Shown in pieces: positions 1 to 13,535 of a DNA stretch of 64,000 nucleotides. The DNA is taken from contig NC_081393.1 in the NCBI RefSeq assembly GCF_030684315.1, forward strand, positions 16,425,479 through 16,489,478, in the 5' to 3' direction. Position numbers and translations under genes: made by a program. Source of the DNA: Stegostoma tigrinum. Its lineage: Eukaryota. Under the pieces are notes generated by a model. That model saw nothing but the letters and a program-made list of their open reading frames with translations. It ran no database searches and was not told the DNA's origin. Within the stretch, counting starts at the first letter, position 1, and each line of letters opens with the position of its first letter.

Positions 1-174
1 CATTACTATGGCATCTTGACTCAGGAACGGGTCAGCATTTCCTTTGGTGGTTGACTTCACTCTCAACTAGGAGTACACACAAAAGTAGGATAGGAATAAA
101 AGCACTCCACTGAAAAACAACACCCGGAACCTGCAGCTGTCTGTTTCCATCCCATTAAATGATAAGTCACTCGA

Positions 175-731
175 CAGCTGTACAAAACTCTGGTGCGGCC
201 GCAATTGGAGTATTGCATACAGTTCTGGTCACCGCATTATAAGAAGGATGTGGAAGCTTTGGAAAGGGTGCAGAGGAGATTTACTAGGATGTTGCCTGGT
301 ATGGAGGGAAGGTCTTACGAGGAAAGGCTGAGGGACTTGAGGCTGTTTTCATTAGAGAGAAGAAGGTTGAGAGATGACTTAATTGAAACGTATAAAATAA
401 TCAGAGGGTTAGATAGGGTGGATAGGGAGAGCCTTTTTCCTAGGATGGTGACGGCGAGCACGAGGGGGCATAGCTTTAAATTGAGGGGTGAAAGATATAG
501 GACAGATGTCAGAGGTAGTTTCTTTGCTCAGAGAGTAGTAAGGGAATGGAACGCTTTGCCTGCAACGGTAGTAGATTCGTCAACTTTAGGTACATTTAAG
601 TCGTCATTGGATAAGCATATGGACGTACATGGAATAATGTAGGTAAGATGGGCTTGAGATCGGTATGACAGGTCGGCACAACATCGAGGGCCGAAGGGCC
701 TGTATTGTGCTGTAATGTTCTATGTTCTATG
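175..731 (+). mobile_element. CR1-clade LINE, 3' fragment (ORF2 C-terminus plus TTCTATG tail)
   Basis: ORF 193-642 has CR1 ORF2 C-terminal motifs (RPQLEYCIQFWSPHYKKDVEALERVQRRFTRMLPG, LERRRLR); ends in gttctatgttctatg; very similar to the 3' end of the copy at 41851-45737. Confidence 0.93.
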
Positions 732-939
732 ACAAGCATGGTGAAACGAATGTTCATTTCAATTCTTGTTCGCCCTTACTGTGAACATCCATGCTCACAG
801 AGGTGCAGTTCCACAGACAGCAGCCAACGTCCGTCCCCTCGCTAATGGTCACTGAGTGTTAGCCTCAACCAATAATCATGATGCTTGACCTTATATCCAC
901 ACATCATATCAGAAATTCCTGTGGATCTTCAAAAGGGTG

Positions 940-1190
940 GACAACTCTCTCTGCCAGATTACCACCCAGATGTCCACGTCCCTGGATGTCTGTGCATGCC
1001 AGCATATGACAGCAGCTATATGGGAATGTTGCCTATCATCCAAACTTTCGCATAGGTTGCTGTTACATCATCACTGTTGGGTCAAAATCCAGAAGTCTCC
1101 CAGAATCCCAGAACTCTCTTCCTAATAGCACCAACAATACTGTGGGTGCACTGATAGCTCATGGATTGATGTCGTACTAGAAGGCAGCTG
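940..1190 (+). mobile_element. degraded 3' fragment of a second LINE family (same family as 12460-12885 and 52830-53190)
   Basis: Shared blocks (gcagc..atatgggaa, tcactg.tgggtcaaaatcc, aagaaggcagct) with the other two copies. Confidence 0.5.
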
Positions 1191-1254
1191 TCTTTTCCGT
1201 AACGTGAGTGTTAGTTTTTCTTGCAAAGTTCTTACCCGAGTTATCATCAACTAT

Positions 1255-1615
1255 GGATCAGTGGGTAGCATTCTCTGAGTCACATCATTCTGGGTTTGAG
1301 GCCCATTCCAGGACAAAAATCGAGGCTGACACTTCAATGCAGTGCTAAAGTGTGCTATACCGTTGGAAGTGAAGTCTTTTGTATCAGGCATTAAACCAAG
1401 CCCCAGCTGTCTCTCGGTATAATGTCGACAATCTAATGGCACTATTCGAAGAACAGTAGGGGCACTCTCCCCATTGTCCCTCAAGTCAACCACCAAAAAC
1501 AGATTATCTGGCCATTACCACATTGATGGGAAGCTTGCTGTGCATAAATTGACTGTCATGTTTCTCACATTGCAACAGTGACAACGCTTCAAAACTACAT
1601 CATTAGCTGTAAAGC
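1255..1615 (+). mobile_element. tRNA-derived Deu-domain SINE (SacSINE1/AmnSINE1-like)
   Basis: tRNA-like head, ggcactattcgaagaa central block, and 3' block cttgctgtgcataaattg..cattgcaacagtgac..cttcaaaa recalled from DeuSINEs; related copies elsewhere in the window. Confidence 0.7.
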
Positions 1616-2399
1616 TGGTGAAAAGTGGAATGTAAATGCCAGCCAGTCTGTCTTTTCCTTTTCATGCCCAGGACTGAATGTAAAAGAAAAACACATTCTC
1701 TCTGGTGCAGACATGATGGGCTGAATGGTCTCCTTCTGCAACATGATACGCTTGCGATTCTGTGATTCAAGACTTTCATATTGTTGGATGACCCTGAGGA
1801 ACTCAACCCCCATGTGTAATGTCCTTCCTAAGTCCCCATTCATTTTATATATTATGGGCTCAGACAGTGAAATGACCCACAGCATATGTATGCAATGCAT
1901 GCATTTAAACACTGGTTAGTATGTTTGCAGTAAGAGATCTCTGACGTTTACGGGTCATGCCAACTCTGGTCAATACTCTCATGCATTTTTCACAGCACAT
2001 ACAGTCTGTATTGAACCAGACGGGGGTCCGTAAACTGCTTTGAATGGGGTTGGTTGAGTGTTGTATGCTGCAATCACCTCAGTTTTGAGCAGTCCTGCAG
2101 AGACTCGATTCAAAGACATAACAGCAGATAATCAATTGAAATTGGATTATTTTGTAATTCTCATCAAACACTCAGTTATGGAACAAAAACAAGACGTTAA
2201 AAAATGCTTTAGATTAAAGGAAGAAGGTGGATGTGTTACCAAAGGGTTAATAAGTCTGAGTACTGGGAGGATTTACAACTGGTGGCCAAGACATTCATAG
2301 AGCAAGGGAAAACAGAATGAGCATCGACTAGCTAGACATTATACAAAACTGACTGTAAGGGAAGAGATTAGTGATGGATAAAGTCAGGTCTTCTGGGAC

Positions 2400-3080
2400 A
2401 CAAGCAGGAAGAATTATAATAGGGACAAAGAAACAGGAGACATTAAACAAATAATTGGTGTCTGCCTTCAGGAGACACAGAAGAGCATCCTGGACATTGT
2501 GGGGAACCAAGGTTCTAAAAAAATTAATGGGACCAAAAGACAACAAATCTGGATATGACGGCTTGTGTTGTAGTGTTTTAAAAACAAGGCTATGCACATG
2601 GATTCTGGCACATTCACTGTGATTGGGAGGGAGCAAGTGTAACCTGTTTATTCAAGGAAGGAGAGGGAAAGCAAAGGGCAACTAGCCGATAGCAGTGATA
2701 GCACAGATGTTAAAATGTACGAAGGAACAGGATAACAGAGCACTGAGAAAATCTAAGAAAGACTAGGAACAGCAAAGACAGTCCGACAAGAGGGAAATTA
2801 CAATGGACGAATCTATTATAGTTTGAGGTTATAACTAGGGTAATGTAGTTACATTGATTTTGAAGGGACATTCAATAAAGGTGGCACACCAGATGTTATT
2901 TGACAAAATTAGTGCTCAAGGGATTGGGGTTAATGTATCGGCACAGATTGAGGATTGGGTAATGGACATAAGCAGAGAGGTATTTTTTGGACTGGAGTCC
3001 TATGACCAGTGGTGTGCCACAAGGATCAGTGCTGGGTCCACACCCTCTCGTCATTTATATAAATGATTTGGATGTGAACG
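2400..3080 (+). mobile_element. old degraded CR1 LINE ORF2 (RT) fragment
   Basis: ORF 2987-3187 retains [19 protein letters not shown]; many stops and frameshifts. Confidence 0.75.
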
Positions 3081-3305
3081 TAGGAGGTAGAGGCAGGCTT
3101 TATCCAGCTGAGTACCATGGGAATCACTTGTACTGGCCACGCAAGTACGAAGGACTGAGCGCAATGAATCTAAGTTTGCTGGGTTGAAGAAGCGAATCAC
3201 CTGTGCCTGCTGTACTTCTCAGTTCTCAATGGTAGACTTTTCAGCACCCAGCAATTGGAATGAACTCAGTCAACTGGCCACAACTTTCAAACTTTGCATT
3301 CCTAC

Positions 3306-3472
3306 CTTCCATAACATACACCAGTGAGCCCACATCTCCCTCCTCAATAACGTAGCTGTTTTGGCTGTACTCCACCGGGTACATGCAGTCCACAATCTCC
3401 TGAATCTGAGACATCTCCAAGTTCTTCATGAAGTCATTCTCTAAGATGGCATCCTTGATCAGCTCCTTCGAC
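3306..3472 (-). CDS. PRKG1: cGMP-dependent protein kinase I, first common exon (start of cyclic-nucleotide-binding domain A)
   Basis: 167-nt exon bounded by acag|G and G|gtagg; encodes [55 protein letters not shown]; phase-2 entry matches both upstream first exons. Orthologue versus paralogue is unresolved; the gene continues past the window start. Confidence 0.95.
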
Positions 3473-4827
3473 CTGTTACACAGAACCACAGAACAACATT
3501 AGAATGGTCAATGTGGAATTAACAATACATGCATTTTTATCTGCCTTACATCCAGTCACCTGATAGGCTTGGGACATGACTATTGCCAAATTATATCCGT
3601 GATTGCAAATGGTCTGTTTGGAGAGCTCTTGAATGAGGCCTGAAAACTTGCCGCGTGGCATACCTTCTCTCAATTCGTCCTCCTACACTTGCACTATATC
3701 CCATAACAGTATGGAAATCTTAGAGTTAACATCAAGAATTTCTCACCACTTCCTACTCAAGGCCATTTATTCTCTCCCAGGACTTCCAAGACTCAAACAT
3801 GATTTTGTGGTTTCCTCATCCTAAGAACTAAATCCTCTCAAACTCAAAGCTTCATACTGTTGCGTTATATCTCATTGTCAGTATCTCTGTCTAGAAAAAA
3901 CATGCACATGACATCACCACTGTATCATAGCAGATGACCACAGGGTACAAGCATCATATTTGCCATCTTGATGGTGATCACTTGAAGCATGTGGCTCACT
4001 GTAACCGAGATGGGGAAGGTCTGGGGAAGAGTTGCGTACAGGTTAAAATAGCTGAGAGGAAAGGGAAAACTCAACTCAATCTAACTTCAGGTACCAACAG
4101 CAGAAATCGGAAAAGGCTGGTTCAACCCAGATATGTAACAGTTGACCAGACTACATTTGATGTGTAAGCAAAATTGATTAGCATTTCAGGAAATCATGAA
4201 ATTGAAAATCACTGTAACCTCCTCCAGCCCTCGGAAAACTCAGGACCTTCAATTCTTACTTCTTATCAATTCTCACATGTCTCACCTGTGACAGCTGTGC
4301 TGCTGTTGACTTGATCCCAAGCTCTGGAATTACCATGAAATACTTTCTACCATCTCCAACATTCTCCTACTTTAAGAGATTGTTTGAAGTCCACCTCTTC
4401 TTGAGCAATTAGTCATCTGTACTTTTGTATGGGACTGACTACTGTCCGACTACATTCCAGAACAGATGTAAGGTAAGCGGGAGGAGGAAAGGACAAAAGA
4501 TGTGACAAGGTGGAAGCCGAAAGAGATTAACTGCCAAAAGATTGGGGAGACAAAATGGAACCAGGCAGCAAACAAAGATGAGAATGAGACGATTAAAGAT
4601 ACCCCTGATGTTTGTCAGTTCTGAAGAAAGGTCACTGAGCTGTAACACTGACTCTGTTTCACATGTCAGAATCAACCAAACCATTCTCTTGTCCCACCAA
4701 AGATTAGCCCTTCCTGTTCTCTCGCACGAGCTTAAATTGTTGTTCCTTGGATTTATAGAGATTTCAGTTGAAAACTTCCCTTCCCTTTCCCATTGACTCC
4801 CAATTCACTGATAACGTTAAATAATTC

Positions 4828-5143
4828 AGGGCAGCATGGTGGCTCAGCGGTTAGCACTGCAGCCTCACAGCGCCAGGGACCCGGGTTCGATATCAGCCTC
4901 GGGCGACTGTCTGTGTGGAGTTTGCACATTCTCCCCATGTCTGCGTGGGTTTCCTCCGGGTGCTCCGGTTTCCTCCCACAGTCCAAAGATGTGCAGGCTA
5001 GGTGGATCGGCCATGCTAAATTGCCAGTAGTGTTCAGGGGTGTATGGGTTATAGGGGGATGGGTCTGGGTGGGATGTTTCAAGTGGCGGTGTGGACTTGT
5101 TGGGCCAAAGGGCCTGTTTCCACACTGTAGGGAATCTAATCTA
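4828..5143 (+). mobile_element. HE1/V-SINE-type tRNA-derived SINE, full length
   Basis: A box (ggtggctcagcggttagcac) and B box (gggttcgat), V-domain tgtgtggagtttgcacattctcccc..gggtttcctccggg, CR1-like 3' end gggcctgtttcc..ctgta and a tctaa tail. Confidence 0.9.
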
Positions 5144-7329
5144 AAAACAGGCTTTCTTCTTTCCCAAGTAATCCTTTAAGACAGAATTCCAAGTGGATAA
5201 AGCTGTTCCCGAATCGATCACAGCAAAGTGAACTCCGAAGCAGCCCATTTCCATCCAATCCCATCTCCACCACAAGCAAAACATTCAGATATTACTTGAT
5301 GTCAGACGATACCTTTCCACCCAGATCTGGCAAGGTGTGGATAAAACAGGCTAGGTAGAGGCAATACTGAGCGAAAATGGACAACAGTTCATCACTCCAC
5401 AATACAAGTTCCACGTATTGCTTTTCACTCTTTTATATGCTCACTGAGAAGTCTTCCACTGCAGACTACACCGAATGGAACTAAAATCCATTCTTTATAA
5501 ACAGGATTAAGTTTTCACTGCTACAACAACTTTGGGCATTTTACTACCTTACATGTAGTTTATTACATACAGATGTCACTGCTATTAGTATCCTAAATAT
5601 AGAGGACAGACCACTGAAACTTAATTTCTGGAAGCACTGGTGACTTTCAACAATTTATCCTTGAAATAAAATCAGCAAAAGCATTTAAAACGTGTAGCTA
5701 CGATGGAACTCATACAGAATTAGTGACACCTATTATGGCAGAAATGCCTTCTTTATCAGGAAATATTACCTAGTCTATTAAATGGCAATCCGAGGCGTTC
5801 TGGTCCACGGTTGTGTTTCTTTTCTAAAATGACAACACCTTCGAGACAGACGTTGTTAGAATGGGCTTCCTCAGTCTCCAATTTCAATGCAAGAATGGTC
5901 ATTCTAATCAGGACTGTCTTCGACCTAATTTCACGTGGATTTCCTGAACAACTCTGGTCTTGATTAGGGAATCTCTGCAGCATTGCCTCAGATCTCCTGC
6001 TGGGCCGTCAATGTCCTTTGTGAAGCCTGTGGTGGGACCTACAAAATTTCCCTGCACCTGAAAAGGTGCCTCTGTTAAAGAATCCTCATTCTCAATATCT
6101 CCTCTTCTAAGAACTCTCAGGCATTGATCAGCTGCGGAAATTCATTTTCTTCAATCAAATGATCCTGTCTTGTTTTTCTTGCACCTGACATAAACACCTA
6201 TTGGTCACAAATTGAATGGATCTCCAAATCCGAATAATTCTAGTCGAATATCTTTCACCTTGTCTCAGAAACAGCTAAATTTTCAATTTAATTATCACAT
6301 TTTCTCAATGCAGTTATACTTTTCAATCAGTTGCAGATGCAGTGTTTCTGTTACATTTTATGCTCCTTGTAAGTGCCCTACTACTTGTTCTGGCAGTAAC
6401 TGTAATCTTGCAGCAAAACAAAGTTCATTTTGCACAGGATCGGAAACAAACTCTGGCAAATGTATTCACAGTATGCATAATTATCCAACAGAAAAAAAAA
6501 ATCAGAGCTAACAGCTTCTGGGTTTTTCAGGATGGGTACATTGACTGCAGGAGATAGTGCTGCAACTGACGAGTGCAGAATCAAAGCAACTCAAAGACAT
6601 CTGTCTTTCAGTTTTCTTTAAATAAAAATAACCCACTGTGAGGCACTAATGACGACACAAAGGTATGGGCAGCACTGTGATGCTCTCCCTTGTGATGATA
6701 GAGTGGCTGCATGCAGGTTGACGACACCAGAAACGATCAGGCATTGAACAGATGAGTGAAATGAGGCCTGGGAGAATCCTTTATGGGAAAGAAATCGATG
6801 GAATAGCGGTTATCATATGGAACACTATCTGAGAACAAATCAGCAATGCAGGCACGTGTGCATCAATGCTTTTGCTCCAGAAATATCGCAAACCAAAGAG
6901 AGATGAACCTTCGATCGGAATTACAGTGGGCTGCTGCAGGGTCCCTCAGCCTCCGTGCACCTTTTGCAATGGCAAGATCACCAGGATTTGGTACTCTTGC
7001 TGGACTCCTAGTATGATGAGGATAAGTCTGATGTTCTCTGTTCAAGTTCAAGAATGCGCACGTTTTTTTTGGGGGGGTGGGCATCATGGTGATACAAGCT
7101 CCAGCATATCAGGACAGATGGGGGGAGCAAACAGCAAAAACCTGTAACTTATTTCCATATTGGTTGCTTGAAGTTCATTTCTTCAACCTTTTAATTCCAC
7201 ACATTAAAGGCTGCATGACCATGTGTCCAGGGTATGGTGGTTACCCCCTAAATAAAGAGCAAAATGAGAGACACAGGGCAGCTGCTCCCTGGGTGCCAAG
7301 CCCGAACAGCTACTTAACAACCTACTGTA

Positions 7330-8550
7330 CATTAAGTTAGCCCAAGACGCTTGGCAGGAGTGTTACATCCAGCTGCCTGGTCAAAGAAGTTTATTTTAAG
7401 GAATATGTTAATAGACCAAACAGCAAAAAATGGCTCAAGGAGGGATTTCCAGAATTTATGGACTTGACCAGCTGATGATATAGCCTTCAAGGAATGGTCA
7501 AAATGGGATGCTGAAGCTGTTAGAATTGGAGGAACACAGGTCTTGGAAGGCTGGATTTGGTATGAATTAGGACATGGGTAGCAGAATGTTGGATGGTCTA
7601 AAGTTGATAAACAGGTAAAACATGGGATGTCAGCCTAGCCAGGAGTGCATCAAATTCTCATGATTATGGAAGAGGGTTTCAGCTGCAGAGGAGCTGAAGC
7701 AGGGATAGAGGTGACATTTTGGAGATGGACATTGGTTGTTTAAGGGATTTTAGTGAAACGTGTTTGCAAACTCATCTCAGGGCCAACTGTAACACCACAA
7801 CTGAGAAAAGTCTGGTTCAGTCTCAGATGGTTGCCAGGGAAATGGATAGAATCAGTGGCTATGCAATGTAGTTTGTGATGGAATTTGAATGTAATGGAGC
7901 TTTGGTCTTTCCATTATTTAGTGGGAAGAAATATGTGGTACTATGAGACTAATAGGAAGTTAGAAAATATGGAGACAATGGAGGGGTCCAGATTGAAGGT
8001 GCTGAGATAGAAACATCGAAAATAGGAATTGGAGTAATCATTTGACACTTTGAGTCTGTGCTGATATGACCACGGCTAATCATTCAAACTTAGTGCCCTG
8101 TTCTGCTTTCTCCCCTTACACTTTGATCCCCTTAGCCCCAAGAAAGATCTAACTCTTTCCTTAAACCTTTCCATGTTTTGGCTTTAACCACGTTCTGTGA
8201 CAAATAATTCCACAGGCTCATCACTCTCCAATTGAAAACAGGTGCTGTTTTAGCAAATATATGAAGATTGACTCTTTGGTTTAGGATGGCGTCGAACATA
8301 GGCAGCATGCCAATGAGAAATGGGAGGGGTCCAAAGTTTAGATCCTTTGGGGAATTTTGAGGTCATGTTGTGGGAAGGGAAATTGAAATTTTGCAGCTGA
8401 TTTTCTGGCTATGACTGTGTAGATAAGCGCATAACCAAGGAAGTGCAATCCCATCCACCAGAAAATTGCAGAGAGATTTTTTTTAAAGCAGGATGGTATG
8501 GTTAACAGAGTCAAAGGCTATACAGATGTCAAGAAGGATTAGGAGTCTAG
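7330..8550 (-). mobile_element. highly degraded L2-like LINE RT fragment
   Basis: ORF 8483-8683 ends LLILLDICIAFDSVNHTILL, resembling the L2 RT motif LLDLSAAFDTVDH; boundaries approximate. Confidence 0.55.
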
Positions 8551-9362
8551 CTTCATTAATTGTTTTGATGCTGTGTATGCACATATTTCTTTTTGAAAGG
8601 AAGGCACCAACAGAGCATCTCTGCAGCAAATAACACATATGGATGTCCATCAGGTCAACCACCTTTATGAAGAAAATCTCCATTAGTAGGCTGATCTGAT
8701 AAATCCAGATTGATTATACGCACACGAGATAGTCATTTCACTAATGAAGTTCAGCCTCCATGCAAGTATACTCATGTCTGACACGTTATTTTTGGAACAC
8801 TTATGCTGGCTTTTTAAATAAAATTGGGGAATAAAAACAACATATATTGAAGTGGTTTTCATTTTTGAAAAAATATCAGTTAATATCACGTCTTTTCCAC
8901 AGAACATTTTTTTTTTAAAAAAGCTATTTTTCTTGATACTTCTCCAAGGAAGCATTAAAATTCATTTTAAAAGGAAGATGTCCCTTAAAATCAATTGTTG
9001 ATCTCAATCCTTTATCCATGGGTTCATTCAATAGAGTAACTTTACACAAGGGAAATTCTTAATTCTCTGTCCTAAAGTGCTCATGAGATTAAATTAAATG
9101 AATAAAAAGTTAAAAGAAATTAAGATTTTTGTTGGGCAAGGCTTCTTAAGGTTATGGGATCGAGGCACACAGATGAAGGTAAAATTAATCACCAAATGAT
9201 CTCACTGAATGACCAAACTGCTTGAAGTCCCTATTCACATTTTCCTGCAGATCTGTGCAGGTTTTATATTTGCCCCAGATTCAGTGGGCTGAAAGCCTTA
9301 CTTCTGTTCCTATGTCTAATGTTTTCCCTGCACTCCCATGGCTAGATACACAGTAAAGCTCT

Positions 9363-9611
9363 GAGACGGAAGAACAGCTGAACCACAAAGGAGTGGATAA
9401 CAATCTGGCTTGGAGGATGAATAGCTGTTCATGGGGGTTGTTTGTGACTATGTGATAACAAGGCTTGATGTCTGGGGGTTGGGGGTAAGGACATGGGAGA
9501 GCTCAAGAACTGAAGTTGTTGAACTCTATAATAATCCAAAAGGTGCTAGCGTCCCCAAGCAGAAAATGAGGTGCATTCTTCCAGCCTGTGCTGAGCTTTT
9601 GGTTTTTATTT
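9363..9611. mobile_element. insertion (Penelope-like fragment) flanked by an 11-bp direct repeat
   Basis: agtaaagctct at 9352-9362 and 9612-9622; internal gtccccaagcagaa block is shared with ~47720. Confidence 0.5.
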
Positions 9612-10869
9612 AGTAAAGCTCTCTTTACACTATCCACCAAATGTGGAATTTCTTCTCTCAGGGCAAGAGTAAATCTTTGGAATTGTTTACCACAGACTGC
9701 TGTTAAGGCCGGGTCATTAAATTATATTTGAGGCTGAGATAGATTTCTATTCAGTAAGAAAATCAAGGATTATGGGGCAAAAGGCAGGAAAGTGGAGTTC
9801 AGGGTTATCACATCAGCCACGATCTAATTGAATAAATAAGCAGACTTGTTGGGCTGAATGGCTTACGTCTGCACCCCCATCTTATGGTCTCCCCGTCAGC
9901 CCCTTGCCTGCTGTTGTTTCAGTGTTAGATGTGCAACATCTGAATTGGTGGGTGCAAATCAGAAGGTCACCACATTGAGCTGACAGCAGTTCCGAGCAGG
10001 TAAAGTCTGAGTGGCTGCACATTCCTACAGCAACTTATAGAGACGAGTGATCCTCATTTAACTGGACGATGAAATTTCTCAAGTGTTACTGGGTGCTATA
10101 TCTACCTGTTTCACCACATGCCCAGTACTGATCTCAAGGTCTTTTAAAAAAAATAAATGCGAGAAAGGAATATTGAAGAAGCTTTCAGCAGGAGGCAATG
10201 GAAGAATGAAAGAAATGGTATTGTTTGTACCTATCAGCAACTCGCCATGCCTCTTTGGCAGCACCTTCCAAACATACAGCCTCTACCCCTCCGAGGGCAA
10301 CAGATGAAAGGGAACACCACGCCTGCAAATCCCCACCTCTGAACGGACCAGATAACTATCAGCGACAGCAATGTGCCATCTCCATGTAAATGCAAATAAA
10401 TCAAAAACACTGCATGAAACACAGCCTATTTGTGAAAGCCTCTCCAATCCAAAACTGTGACTCCTCTGAATGCCACTAGACAATCAGGATTAGGTAAACT
10501 CAGCTGAGTTATGATGATGGCACATTTTACAACGCTGGTGCAGCATTCAAAACCCACAGGCGACAAAGCTGCCGAGTGCCCAGGTGTCATTGTCGTTTCG
10601 TAGCCAGGCCCCAGTCTAGTGGAAAATGATAGCATCTCATCAGTAGCTGGAAGGGTGGGACCACTTCGCCATGTGACCACTACAGCATGCAGCATTTCCT
10701 CACTCACCCCACAGTGTCCCGGCCAGACAGGGTGGTAATACTTGTTCTGGTACCATTCTTTCCTTAAGTTTGAAGGCAGCTTTAGCCGAGGCTCGGGGTA
10801 TCTTTTTCTTGGTGGTCGGGAGGAGGAAGAGGAGGGGTGGGGGGAGACAGAATGGGCATGGTAACTTAC

Positions 10870-11186
10870 CGTGCACTCTTGGAATAACAAGGTAGGGTGA
10901 CGTGGCTGATGTCCTGGATGTCCAAAGCGGTGGGCTCTGCCGAGATAGCCTGCCTCTTGGTCCTGTGCTGCTCTTGGAGTTGGCTGCTGCTGGACTCGCT
11001 CTGGCTAGGGGGCTGAGCGGCCGGCCGCAGGACCGAGCGGTATTTGTCCAGTTCGGTTTGAAGCTTCTGGATCAGCTCGTCCTTCTGGTCCAGCTCCAGC
11101 TCCAGCTCGTCGATCAGGGCGTCTCTCTGCCTCAGCTCCTCGATCTTCTCCTGGAGGGCGTACTGCAGGTCCCGCAGGGTCCCCAT
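10870..11186 (-). CDS. PRKG1: PKG I-beta-specific first coding exon (leucine zipper plus autoinhibitory site)
   Basis: ATG at 11186; [54 protein letters not shown] is the PKG I-beta N-terminus; 317 nt, ends CG|gtaag (phase 2). Confidence 0.95.
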
Positions 11187-12350
11187 CTCTCCCGGCACGG
11201 GGTGGGTAATTGACAAAATTTCGCACCCCCCGGGACCAAAAGCAACTCTGTTTTCCTACTTCCCACCAGCCAAGCACAGCTGAGGAACCAGATTATTTAA
11301 GCATTCTCGCTCCTCTCTCTCTCTCTCTCTGAGCAGCCCTGGCTGTTCCAGTTGACTGTCTGCACGTAACTACATTCCCGGGGTGCCCTCGCTAACCTGC
11401 CGTGGGGAGCCGACAACTTCCAGTGCGAGCGAAGAAAAATCCTCTGGCGAACCGAGCAACCTTTAGATTCCCCCCACCCTAAAACTAGCTCAAACCCCAG
11501 GGCTGAAAACGCCCGTGCCGAGTCCGGCCAACTCTTGGGCACTTCCCATCAGTTGCTTCACTCCCCTCCCAACGGAGAGCGTCAATCCCCGTACAGACTT
11601 GGGGAAAGACGATTAATCAAAACACCGGAAAACAACGGTTGGTGGGGGGTGGGGGTGATGGTGGGTTACAGGAGGTTGCAGGAGGTTAACGGGAGGCTTC
11701 CAGATGAAGACTGGCACCGCTACGTGTTTGGAGGCGCGCTATCCACAAGGAGCATGGTGTGGCGGGGTGGGTGGGTGGGGAGGGGGGGCGTGGAGAACCG
11801 AAGCTCAGGGCGTTGAAGAGGGGAAGTTGGAGGCGTGTTGTGGCTGCTGCTGAGCGCGCACACACACCGCAGTAGAGACTTCACAAGCTGGGACGGCGGC
11901 GCCGATGTAGGATTCAGCACTGGGTCAGTGGACAGCGCCACTCGGGGCCAGGGCGGCTGCTGACCCGCTCTGCAGACCGTTGCCCTTCTCACATGCCATC
12001 GTCAGCAACAACCATATTTGGCCAGGGAAGAGCACAGGCGCGGTGCCCTCCCTCGCCACTATCCCGGTCAATTTGAGAATCATTTTTGTGAGCGGTCAGA
12101 TTTTGTATCCCCCTGCCCCCCTCTCAGTCTGGATTGTGCGTGCGTCTACAGTTTTATCGTCCTTACTCTTACTTCCCTTCCACAAGTCTCAGGAACACCA
12201 GCGGGGGTCTCACCTCAACGCATTCCAGTCAGCCCCCAGTGCGGGCGTGACCCAGAGACCTCACCGTTTCAAATGCTTCGAGTCTTGACTGAACGCAGCG
12301 CACCAAGGAGTGAGAGATAACTCGCAAGGGGCCACTACGAAAATACAAGC
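11187..12350 (-). promoter_or_regulatory. CpG-rich promoter/5' UTR region of the I-beta isoform
   Basis: Visible CpG/GC enrichment relative to the flanks directly upstream of the beta ATG; (CT)n near 11312; G-rich tracts at 11640-11790. Confidence 0.6.
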
Positions 12351-12459
12351 CTCTACTGAAACAATCCAGGAAGGGCGAACAGCTCAACTCTTTCTAATCT
12401 AGCTAACACTGAAATTTCTGCACAGTCCCAGGCAAACCCTGGGATTCACCAGAAACCGA

Positions 12460-12885
12460 ACTATATAATGCTGCAGCTACAGAAGCACGCCAGAGGCTGG
12501 AAATTCAGGGGCAAGTCGCTCGCTGCATGGCCCTTCAGAGCCTGGTCGCCACCTACAAGGCACAAGTCGGGAGTGTAATGGACCACACCCCTTCTGCTTG
12601 GATGACTTCAGCGTCAATAACATTCAATATCGTTGGCACCATCCAGGACACAGCAGTCCACTTCACTGGCACTAAACCTACAAACATTCACTCTCTCCAC
12701 GACCAACACACACAAAAGCAGTATGTATCCTCTACAAAGTACACTGCAGAAACTCGACGCCACCTCCAGTGTCCATAATCAAGGACAAGGGCAGCACATA
12801 TGTGGAGACACCTTCTGCAAGTTCCCTCCCAAGCCACTCATCATCCTGACTTGGACATCTCGACACTGGGTCAAAATTCCATTTT
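12460..12885 (+). mobile_element. degraded LINE 3' fragment (L2/CR1 group)
   Basis: ORF 12527-12778 contains TYKAQVGSVMDHTPSAW, an ORF2 C-terminal-like motif; repeated at 52830-53190. Confidence 0.6.
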
Positions 12886-13189
12886 AACAACACACTTATA
12901 ACCCACTTCATATTTTAGAAATCTTCAGAAAATTGAATTGCACCTAGAGATCATTGGAATTCCCAATCCAAAATAATGATGGGGTTCAACAAGTTATCCA
13001 CACCTGGCAGCAAATGGCAGACACATTTAGTATTGCCTCACATTGATAGGGCAGGCTGATCAAATGGACATATTATACGCTGGTAAATAGGTAGTTGGGA
13101 GACACATGGTAACTAAGGGATCCACAAGGCACCAAACCAAACAGCTTTATTGATCAGTGAACATCCAAACTCGCTAAAGCTGACTATTG

Positions 13190-13535
13190 GGAAGGTGGTG
13201 GTATACTGGTAATATTAATGGACTAGGAACCCAGAGCCCTTGTCTCATGTTCTCAAGAGATGAGTTTGAATCCAACTAAAGCAGATGGCGCAACTTGAAT
13301 TCAATAAAAATCTTCAAGAAAAAGCTATCCTCATGGTGACCATGAAGATTGTCCTAAAATCCTACCTATTTCAAAGTCCTTGAACGAAGAAATTCTGTCA
13401 TCATTATCTGGTCTGGTCTACACGTAACACCACATTTACAGCAACGTGACTGACTCTTAACTGTCCTCTGCCAATCATTTAGTGCTTAAATGATGTAAGC
13501 ACTGGTGATGCCCACACCCCTTGAATGAATAAATA
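13190..13535 (+). mobile_element. tRNA-derived SINE with a LINE-like tail
   Basis: tRNA-like head (B-box gagtttgaatcc) and 3' end gatgcccacacccc..gaatgaataaataaa similar to the tail at ~53160-53190. Confidence 0.55.

Noticed and set aside
4828-4900. tRNA-like A and B boxes
   Set aside because: They continue into the V-SINE body and tail, so this is a SINE head and not a tRNA gene
5756-6184. Possible third PKG-I N-terminal exon (acceptor at 6184, donor CTAG|gtaata at 5770, ORF 5756-5983)
   Set aside because: The ORF meets the donor in phase 1, but the common exon needs phase 2; the phase-2 frame has a TAG just before the donor; no zipper-like sequence
10426-12320. Several overlapping ORFs around the PKG I-beta exon
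   Set aside because: Antisense or alternative-frame shadows in GC-rich DNA; no recognisable motifs or splice support
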